Positions 7,549-13,138 of a stretch of DNA of 64,000 nt are shown one piece after another. Positions within the stretch are counted from its first letter, which is position 1. Each line of letters begins with the position of its first letter. A program made the position numbers and the translations under genes. The stretch covers positions 14,945 through 78,944 of the forward strand of contig JASFZA010000007.1 of assembly GCA_045046715.1 (NCBI GenBank). The letters run 5' to 3'. The notes under the pieces are model-generated. The model saw nothing but the letters and a program-made list of their open reading frames with translations. It was not told the DNA's origin and ran no database searches. The DNA comes from Candidatus Izemoplasma sp. (lineage in GTDB: Bacteria > Bacillota_I > Bacilli_A > Izemoplasmatales > Izemoplasmataceae).

Positions 7549-7838
7549 TTATAAATTCTTCCCGTATTCATTTTCTCAGCTTGCATAAAAATGCCAGTGA
7601 TTTCCGGTTCTGGCTTAGTTCTTAAACCTCTTCCTATCATTTGATTTGGGACTTTGATTTTTGAGACTTGATCGAATGATCTATTAATGGAGCTTCTATA
7701 TCCGTTAGAAGAATCGTCTATTGTTACTCCTTTTGGAGAAAAGCTAACAATAAGACCTGTTTTTAATCGACTATAACCTACTTTGCAATAAGCTACCATG
7801 TCTCCTATTTCTAATTCAATTCCTGCTACATCTTTCAT
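7545..7838 (-). CDS. hypothetical protein (97 aa)
   Basis: ATG 15 nt downstream of the tRNA-Gly-like CCA; ATGA overlap with next ORF. Confidence 0.55.
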   Translation of the reverse strand: MKDVAGIELEIGDMVAYCKVGYSRLKTGLIVSFSPKGVTIDDSSNGYRSSINRSFDQVSKIKVPNQMIGRGLRTKPEPEITGIFMQAEKMNTGRIYK

Positions 7839-7853
7839 AATTTACCTTTTAAT

Positions 7854-7927
7854 TGGGGTGGATGAGGAGATTCGAACTCCACTCTGCAAAGCTTGGAAGG
7901 CTCGCGATCGGCCTTTGACTTACCCGC
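7854..7927 (-). tRNA. tRNA-Gly (TCC)-like, non-canonical
   Basis: T arm (T)GGAG-TTCGAAT-CTCC(T), anticodon loop CTTCCAA, encoded C-CCA; acceptor pairs only 5/7 (two A-C mismatches), short 3-bp D stem, extended anticodon helix with a bulge. Confidence 0.45.
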
Positions 7928-8044
7928 TTATTTTTTATTAACCATCGGTGAAGGAGGTGCTTTCAATGGTTTTAAATTAGATCTTAGTTCTCTTTGTTTC
8001 GAATCTAATGTTTTACCTTCTGTTAAAGGTTTTTTTAATTTCAT
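7928..8044 (-). CDS. 38-aa ORF (MKLKKPLTEGKTLDSKQRELRSNLKPLKAPPSPMVNKK)
   Basis: Hand-translated; ATG 13 nt after tRNA-Tyr CCA, stop abuts the 5' end of the tRNA-Gly-like gene; below the track size cut-off. Confidence 0.35.
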   Translation of the reverse strand: MKLKKPLTEGKTLDSKQRELRSNLKPLKAPPSPMVNKK

Positions 8045-8057
8045 AATAATCCTAAAT

Positions 8058-8143
8058 TGGTGGTCATAGAAGGATTCGAGCCTTCTCAGCACAAGGGCAG
8101 CGAGTTTACAATCCGCTAAAGCTCTCCAACACTCAGTATGACC
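8058..8143 (-). tRNA. tRNA-Tyr (GTA)
   Basis: Class II tRNA: acceptor GGTCATA/TATGACC, anticodon loop TTGTAAA, long variable arm, T arm GAAGG-CTCGAAT-CCTTC, encoded CCA. Confidence 0.8.
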
Positions 8144-8352
8144 TAATTTGTTATTGTTTTGATATGTTTTCTTATGTATCTCATTAATAATGTAGCCTTT
8201 TCAACTGCGTTAAAGGTTGCATCACCAATATCATCCATAGGAACCGGGAATTCAAATCCACATTCCGTTACATAGTATAAATGGTTCTTCCTGTAATATG
8301 TAAATTTTACAGTTTTATTCTTAACCATTTCTAAAATGTTGTATTTTTTCAT
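8143..8352 (-). CDS. hypothetical protein (69 aa)
   Basis: ORF ending at the tRNA-Tyr 5' end. Confidence 0.55.
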   Translation of the reverse strand: MKKYNILEMVKNKTVKFTYYRKNHLYYVTECGFEFPVPMDDIGDATFNAVEKATLLMRYIRKHIKTITN

Positions 8353-8368
8353 AATATTCTCTAATTAA

Positions 8369-8465
8369 TGCAGCGTTACAGGTGATCAACCAAGTCACAA
8401 TTCTAATCAATGGATTCAACCACCTGGCCGTAGACTAGAATTATGTAAAGGAACCGGTAACGCTG
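8369..8465 (-). ncRNA. candidate structured RNA (about 97 nt, strand inferred from context)
   Basis: Perfect 10-bp closing helix GCAGCGTTAC (8369-8378) / GTAACGCTGC (8456-8465). Nested helix AGGTG (8379-8383) / CACCT (8420-8424). Additional AATTCTA/TAGAATT complementarity. ORF-free and relatively G+C-rich. Confidence 0.4.
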
Positions 8466-8480
8466 CTCAACAGTTCCACT

Positions 8481-9149
8481 TTAATATATTTTTCTGCCTT
8501 TCTTCCAACCTTCTTGTAGATAGGAATCTTTTTTAACCTTTTTTGATTTTTGTAACTTTTCGTTAAAAATCCACATAGTACCATATTGTGAATTTTTCTT
8601 AGGATCTTTTAATCTTTCTTTAGCGGCTAAACTCATTTTTAATTTAGTTTGCTTGCTATGAGTTTTACCTTTCCAAGTGCCATTTGGATATTTTTCTTTA
8701 ATAGTAGCTCTACCTATTATTAATTTTTCTCGTCTCCAAAGATTTTGAGTATTAGCAAAAACTTTATTATTTTTATATTTCTTTTGGTATGCTTTAACAC
8801 CGGCTTTATGCCAAGCTAATCTTTGCCTTATTTGCTTTTCGGATTGAGGTAAATCATTAATATGATCCCACCCACCTTCGCCGCCTAATTTCAAATTATA
8901 AGTTTTATTATTATTTACAAATTCTTCATTAACTAATAAAGATTCTATTTTAAACATATCTTCTGGATTTGTAAATACTTTTAAAACTTTTTTAGTAAAA
9001 TTTTCTTTACCATATTTTTTAATAGAGTATTTTAAATGGTTTCCAGATCCTAAATAATCATCATTAATGTTTTTAGTTTTATGTACTCCAATATACACCT
9101 TTCCATTAATTTGATTAGTAGTTTTATAAACAGTATAATATATCTTCAT
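8481..9149 (-). CDS. GIY-YIG homing endonuclease (intact)
   Basis: MKIYYTVYKTTNQINGKVYIGVHKTKNINDDYLGSG (GIY...YIG), downstream R/E/N core context and basic C-terminal DNA-binding region; paralogs at 1832..2493 and 60559..61275. Confidence 0.85.
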   Translation of the reverse strand: MKIYYTVYKTTNQINGKVYIGVHKTKNINDDYLGSGNHLKYSIKKYGKENFTKKVLKVFTNPEDMFKIESLLVNEEFVNNNKTYNLKLGGEGGWDHINDLPQSEKQIRQRLAWHKAGVKAYQKKYKNNKVFANTQNLWRREKLIIGRATIKEKYPNGTWKGKTHSKQTKLKMSLAAKERLKDPKKNSQYGTMWIFNEKLQKSKKVKKDSYLQEGWKKGRKIY

Positions 9150-9189
9150 ACACTATTTATATGGTTCAAATCTAGTTTGAACCAAATGC

Positions 9190-9262
9190 CTCCCATAAAG
9201 GACTCGAACCTCTAACACCTAACTTAGAAGGTTAGTGCTCTATCCAATTGAGCTAATGGGAG
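9190..9262 (-). tRNA. tRNA-Arg (TCT)
   Basis: Acceptor CTCCCAT/ATGGGAG, anticodon loop CTTCTAA, T arm AGAGG-TTCGAGT-CCTTT; no encoded CCA. Confidence 0.85.
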
Positions 9263-9507
9263 TCTTTTTCTAAAACTTTTTGGAATAGCCAAGCTAAACC
9301 TAAAACGTATCTATCACTCACTGTTTGTCCTGTTTGTATTCTTCTAATCGTAGATAAACAAACTTCAGCATTTCTATTACCTGATAAAGAAGTACTTGCT
9401 ATAGATTCTACTATGCTAGCCTTATTAATCATAATATCTTTAACATATTTAAATGCACTTATAGCACTTGGGTGAGCTTCACCATCAATCAAACAAACTT
9501 CCTTCAT
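9253..9507 (-). CDS. hypothetical protein (84 aa), possible HTH
   Basis: ATG 16 nt after tRNA-Val CCA; 3' end overlaps tRNA-Arg by 10 nt. Confidence 0.5.
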   Translation of the reverse strand: MKEVCLIDGEAHPSAISAFKYVKDIMINKASIVESIASTSLSGNRNAEVCLSTIRRIQTGQTVSDRYVLGLAWLFQKVLEKDSH

Positions 9508-9523
9508 AATAACCTCTTTAAAT

Positions 9524-9599
9524 TGGTGGTCCTTGTCAGACTCGAACTGACGACCTCTTCCTTGTAAGGGAAATGCTCTCCCAACTGAGCTAAAGGACT
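9524..9599 (-). tRNA. tRNA-Val (TAC)
   Basis: Anticodon loop CTTACAA, T arm GTCAG-TTCGAGT-CTGAC, encoded CCA; A1-C72 unpaired. Confidence 0.85.
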
Positions 9600-9812
9600 A
9601 AAATAATATAATAGTCTGTTCCTATAAGTCAATTACCTCACTTGCTCAACTAACCTAAACTTTGAGCAACTACGAATGTTTAGGGTGCCTATCTACTTGG
9701 TAATATTGATAGGGTCGGACTAAAAATATCATATTCTGTTAATAAGGCCATTAGTCGCGAGTTGGTTCCTTATGCCGTGCATGTTATCCTCAGCACTGCA
9801 CATGATATTAAA

Positions 9813-9890
9813 TGGCGGATCGAACGGGATTCGAACCCGTGATATCTCGCGTGACAGGCGAGTGCTTTGAGCCAGCTAAGCTACCGATCC
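9813..9890 (-). tRNA. tRNA-Asp (GTC)
   Basis: Acceptor GGATCGG/TCGATCC, anticodon loop CTGTCAC, T arm ACGGG-TTCGAAT-CCCGT, encoded CCA. Confidence 0.9.
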
Positions 9891-10140
9891 TAATTTAATT
9901 TCGTCGTATCAAGTTAATACAACTATGATGTTCGTTAGTTTTTAACGTCAAAACTTATAATCAAAGATCTTACCCTTGTAAAAACGCTCTTTTAATACGA
10001 ATTATGGTCTTAAGGAGAAGAGTTTCTCACCTCGCATAATTGCGATCTAGGAAAACTTTTAATAGTTCTCTGTTTGACGTGCCTAGATGCACCGAAAAGT
10101 TTTTAATGAACCTTTAAACATTTTAGTTCTTCAACAAATT

Positions 10141-10217
10141 TGGTCCCGGTAGGAAAATTCGAATTTCCGGCCTCTGATTCCCAAAACCAGCGCTCTACCA
10201 AACTGAGCTATACCAGG
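10141..10217 (-). tRNA. tRNA-Pro (TGG)
   Basis: Acceptor CCTGGTA/TACCGGG, anticodon loop TTTGGGA, T arm GGAAA-TTCGAAT-TTTCC, encoded CCA. Confidence 0.9.
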
Positions 10218-10316
10218 GTGTAACGATAGTTTTATGGGGACTTCACTCTAGTGGAGCCAATCTGTACTAAACTATCAAACCATTATTGCACCAAATATGT
10301 GTTATGCAATATAGAA

Positions 10317-10392
10317 TGGATGGGAAACTCAGACTCGAACTGAGGACCGTTAGGATCAAAACCTAGTGCTCTACCAACTGAGCTACTTCCCA
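10317..10392 (-). tRNA. tRNA-Gln (TTG)
   Basis: Acceptor TGGGAAG/TTTCCCA, anticodon loop TTTTGAT, T arm CTCAG-TTCGAGT-CTGAG, encoded CCA. Confidence 0.9.
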
Positions 10393-10468
10393 AAACCGTT
10401 TACTTTAATTATACATTTTTCATATCGTGTCTCCTTACTAAGTTAATTTAAAATTATTTCAAAAGAAT

Positions 10469-10544
10469 TGGCATCCCATACGGGGTTCGAACCCGTGTTG
10501 TCCGCGTGAAAGGCGGGTATCCTAGTCCACTAGATGAATGGGAT
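10469..10544 (-). tRNA. tRNA-Glu (TTC)
   Basis: Acceptor ATCCCAT/ATGGGAT, anticodon loop CTTTCAC, T arm ACGGG-TTCGAAC-CCCGT, encoded CCA. Confidence 0.9.
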
Positions 10545-10602
10545 ATAACTCTTTATTCATAAGAAGGTGTATTATAACTCTTTATTCATAAGAAGGTGTA
10601 TT
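10545..10602. repeat. perfect 29-bp tandem duplication (2 copies plus a 4-nt partial third)
   Basis: ATAACTCTTTATTCATAAGAAGGTGTATT at 10545-10573 and 10574-10602, abutting the tRNA-Glu 5' end. Confidence 0.95.
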
Positions 10603-10613
10603 ATACCATACCT

Positions 10614-10621
10614 TATTTATA
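10614..10621 (-). promoter_or_regulatory. T4-type late promoter TATAAATA upstream of the Glu-Gln-Pro-Asp tRNA run
   Basis: Exact TATAAATA on the minus strand about 70 nt upstream of the tRNA-Glu 5' end. Confidence 0.4.
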
Positions 10622-10734
10622 CTTGAAACATTTATTTTACTTTTTTATAAAAATATTCAAAAAGGGTCGTATGTGAACTCTACAAGCCGACGAAGTTCAT
10701 TGTTTCATCGGTCACATGTCTTAGTGCTGTTACG

Positions 10735-10983
10735 CTATACCTTCCTTTTTACACTCTTTAAATATTGTTTTCTTACCTTAGTTTGGTTCTTCCAACTTTT
10801 ATGACATGAACTATAAAAACATTCAAATGATTTATAATTGTCAATACCATATAATTGTTTCTTCCCGATTCTCACAGGAACTCCATCACTTGTTTTACCT
10901 TTATCTACTTCTTTAAGAAATTGGTAAAAGTGGGTTATTTTATGATGGCCATAGCAAGAACCCTTTCTTTGATACTTTTGCAT
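10735..10983 (-). CDS. hypothetical basic protein (82 aa)
   Basis: ORF track; Cys/His-rich, lysine-rich C-terminus. Confidence 0.5.
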   Translation of the reverse strand: MQKYQRKGSCYGHHKITHFYQFLKEVDKGKTSDGVPVRIGKKQLYGIDNYKSFECFYSSCHKSWKNQTKVRKQYLKSVKRKV

Positions 10984-11035
10984 TTTCGTCTCCGATTACG
11001 TTAAATAATCGGAATACTATTTTTTTCGTTTATCG

Positions 11036-11386
11036 TTATCGTTTCCATTCATGGCCATTTTTACAAGACATATTACCATCCATGCATCTTTCCGTACCAT
11101 TAGCAAACTCACCACACTCCGGACAAGGTCTACATTGATATGGATTTTCTTTTAAAGAGGTTTTTGGTAAAAATGTCGATATATCTTTTAAAACGAGAGC
11201 AGCCTTTTTCCAAACTTCTCCGTGATATGGATAGTACGGATTCTTACTTGCTAACTTTACTTTAATACTTTTTTCTGTTATTCCCACTACAACGCCTTTA
11301 ACAAATTCTGGCGTTCTATTGTGATTATAAAGAAGGGTGACAACACTGTTACCCATATTCACTAAATTTCCATTAAAATCTTTCAT
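11036..11386 (-). CDS. hypothetical protein with C-terminal zinc ribbon (116 aa)
   Basis: CRPCPECG...CMDGNMSCKNGH; ATG 13 nt after tRNA-Phe CCA. Confidence 0.55.
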   Translation of the reverse strand: MKDFNGNLVNMGNSVVTLLYNHNRTPEFVKGVVVGITEKSIKVKLASKNPYYPYHGEVWKKAALVLKDISTFLPKTSLKENPYQCRPCPECGEFANGTERCMDGNMSCKNGHEWKR

Positions 11387-11399
11387 AATATACCTTGTT

Positions 11400-11475
11400 T
11401 GGTGGGAAGAGAGGGAATCGAACCCTCGACACGCGAATTTTCAATCCGATGCTCTACCTACTGAGCTACCTCCCC
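11400..11475 (-). tRNA. tRNA-Phe (GAA)
   Basis: Acceptor GGGGAGG/TCTTCCC, anticodon loop TTGAAAA, T arm GAGGG-TTCGATT-CCCTC, encoded CCA. Confidence 0.85.
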
Positions 11476-11484
11476 AGATTTAAT

Positions 11485-11724
11485 TTAATCTTGACTATTC
11501 AAAATTACATCCATTTGTTCTTTATTTATACCTCTTGAATTTTGAGCAAGAGATTTCAAAACAGGTTCGACTCGTTTATAAGGGAATTCTGTTAAGAAAC
11601 TTTGTAGTTGTACAAATACTTGAACATCAAGCACTACAGCAACTGCAACTTTATCTTCTGGTGATCCATTACGCCTTAGTCCATCCTTTGATTCAGCTAT
11701 ATTTAATTTTGTTTTCTTTGTCAT
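11485..11724 (-). CDS. hypothetical protein (79 aa)
   Basis: Track ORF 11485..11832 trimmed to the ATG at 11724 (MTKKTK...), just downstream of the stop of ORF 11741..12073. Confidence 0.5.
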   Translation of the reverse strand: MTKKTKLNIAESKDGLRRNGSPEDKVAVAVVLDVQVFVQLQSFLTEFPYKRVEPVLKSLAQNSRGINKEQMDVILNSQD

Positions 11725-11740
11725 ATTTTTTTCTCTGTTG

Positions 11741-12073
11741 TTAAATTTCGATTCTATATTTTTCTTGTTCTGCATCTTCGAGTTTATAAAATTCTGAAAA
11801 CAAGTTATAAAACACTTGCCCAGCTCTTTCACGTGGCTCTAGATCTTTCTTTAATGGCCAAGGTCCATAAGGTTTACCTCGATCATATTCAAACTTCCAA
11901 CCTTTATATTCATAAGCTTTAATAAAGCAAATATGGATAAGAGGTTCATTTGAAAATTCTTGCAATTTACTTAGTGCGCTTTCTTTCATGAAGTTTAAAA
12001 CTTCATCAGGAATTGTATGATCTATTTTTCTAATCAAACAATAAGCATCTATAATAGAATTTTTATTTATCAT
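11741..12073 (-). CDS. hypothetical protein (110 aa)
   Basis: ATG 16 nt after the CCA of the outer cloverleaf at 12090. Confidence 0.55.
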   Translation of the reverse strand: MINKNSIIDAYCLIRKIDHTIPDEVLNFMKESALSKLQEFSNEPLIHICFIKAYEYKGWKFEYDRGKPYGPWPLKKDLEPRERAGQVFYNLFSEFYKLEDAEQEKYRIEI

Positions 12074-12089
12074 ATATTTCTCATAATAT

Positions 12090-12244
12090 TGGTCCAGAAG
12101 GATGGACTTTCACCACCAACCTTTCTCTTATGGTAAGCCCGGAAGGATTCGAACCTTCGACCGCCACCTTATTAGGGAAGCTGCTCTAACCTAACTGAGC
12201 TACGGGCTTGAGTGAGAACGCTCTAATTTTTGAGCTACCTCTGG
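12090..12244 (-). tRNA. split cloverleaf (tRNA-like) whose anticodon loop contains tRNA 12131..12209
   Basis: 5' half (12244->12210): CCAGAGG-TA-GCTC-AAAAATTA-GAGC-G-TTCTC-ACTC. 3' half (12130->12090): TAA-GAGAA-AGGTT-GGTGG-TGAAAGT-CCATC-CTTCTGG-A-CCA. All four stems pair; standard 76-nt geometry once the insert is removed. Confidence 0.6.
12131..12209 (-). tRNA. tRNA with unusual anticodon arm (loop CTAATAA, anticodon AAT, Ile-like; identity uncertain)
   Basis: Acceptor AAGCCCG/CGGGCTT, D arm GCTC-AGTTAGGTTA-GAGC, T arm GAAGG-TTCGAAT-CCTTC, encoded CCA; anticodon helix GCTTCC/GGTGGC is 6 bp with a U-U mismatch. Confidence 0.7.
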
Positions 12245-12252
12245 ATATTCTT

Positions 12253-12328
12253 TGGTGGGTCGCCGGAGACTTGAACTCCGCACCTTCAGATTAAAAGTCT
12301 GTTGCTCTACCTGATGAGCTAGCGACCC
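12253..12328 (-). tRNA. tRNA-Lys (TTT)
   Basis: Acceptor GGGTCGC/GCGACCC, anticodon loop CTTTTAA, T arm CGGAG-TTCAAGT-CTCCG, encoded CCA. Confidence 0.9.
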
Positions 12329-12332
12329 AATT

Positions 12333-12408
12333 TGGTACTCCTGGCTGGACTCGAACCAGCGACGTATGGATTATCGGTCCACTGTTCTACCAACTGAACT
12401 ACAGGAGT
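12333..12408 (-). tRNA. tRNA-Ile (GAT) with C at position 33
   Basis: Acceptor ACTCCTG/CAGGAGT, anticodon loop CCGATAA, T arm GCTGG-TTCGAGT-CCAGC, encoded CCA. Confidence 0.8.
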
Positions 12409-12434
12409 ATTTTTTATTTAGTCATTATATCAAC

Positions 12435-12442
12435 TATTTATA
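12435..12442 (-). promoter_or_regulatory. T4-type late promoter TATAAATA upstream of the Ile-Lys-nested tRNA cluster
   Basis: Exact TATAAATA on the minus strand 27 nt upstream of the tRNA-Ile 5' end, overlapping the stop region of ORF 12438..12902. Confidence 0.4.
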
Positions 12443-12902
12443 CTAAAGTAAACAGGTTTTTAAGGTTTTTAGTCTTTTTTATCTTTTTATTAGAAGAGAC
12501 TATTTTTAACTTGGGCTTATTGAAGACTTTAGGATGATCCAACTCTCCAAAACCTGGTTTATCTAAAGCCTCTGTTTCTGCGGTGCCATGGCTACCTAAG
12601 TTAAATATTAATCCTTCTCTTCTGTTCCCTCTAGGGAATATAGAAATTAGACTCTGCATGGGTATATACAAGTTCTGACTGATCCCAGAAAACATGGCGC
12701 TAAACATAATACCTTCTTCATCAATTTTAAGACCTAAAGTCGAAGAATATGATATATTAAAAACCACAACTCCGTTCTGACCTAGGCCTGGAGGAATCAT
12801 TAGATCTTTAAAATCTGTTCTAACCATAATTTCAGGAACACCGTTGGTATCAGTGATCCAACGGTGCATAGCCTCAACTAGATAATATTTAGACCCACTC
12901 AT
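12438..12902 (-). CDS. SspB-like ClpXP adaptor protein
   Basis: YLVEAMHRWITDTNGVPEIMV...GVVVFNISYSSTLGLKIDEEGIMFSAMFSGISQNLYIPMQSLISIF parallels E. coli SspB (YLLRAFYEWLLDNQLTPHLVV...IVLNIAPRAVGNLEL...FNARFGG...VSVPLAAVLAIY), followed by a flexible basic tail. Confidence 0.6.
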   Translation of the reverse strand: MSGSKYYLVEAMHRWITDTNGVPEIMVRTDFKDLMIPPGLGQNGVVVFNISYSSTLGLKIDEEGIMFSAMFSGISQNLYIPMQSLISIFPRGNRREGLIFNLGSHGTAETEALDKPGFGELDHPKVFNKPKLKIVSSNKKIKKTKNLKNLFTLV

Positions 12903-13114
12903 GACAGGTGGGAGATCGTCCTATTTTTATTTCTAAAGATATCCTTCATTTTTTGATACAAATATCTTGTGCAACCTTTAGCTAGTCTTTTAGAATATGT
13001 TTTACCTTTAACTGAATGATAGCTCTCATGGTGCATATAATAATCTGCCATTGGAGCCCCTACAGTCATTTCTTTTGCTGTGGTTCTGATTTTTCTACAT
13101 TGCTTACCGTTCAT
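12899..13114 (-). CDS. hypothetical basic protein (71 aa)
   Basis: ORF with 4-nt overlap downstream. Confidence 0.5.
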   Translation of the reverse strand: MNGKQCRKIRTTAKEMTVGAPMADYYMHHESYHSVKGKTYSKRLAKGCTRYLYQKMKDIFRNKNRTISHLS

Positions 13115-13138
13115 TTATTTTTCCTTTATTAAAAATTA

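Noticed and set aside
8369-8465. An additional tRNA in this structured block (the GGTGG-TTGAATC-CATT segment resembles a T arm)
   Set aside because: The loop lacks the TTC register. The flanking helices (10 bp plus 5-6 bp) do not give cloverleaf geometry.
10545-10602. Possible CRISPR-like or array repeats (also 58742..58861 and 32974..33122)
   Set aside because: These are simple tandem duplications without spacers (two copies, or in-frame coding repeats). No repeat-spacer architecture occurs anywhere in the window.
2538-12408. tRNA genes as prophage attachment sites or an integrated element boundary
   Set aside because: There is no integrase, no direct repeats of tRNA 3' ends, and uniformly phage-like T4-type content on both sides. 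The tRNAs are phage-encoded.
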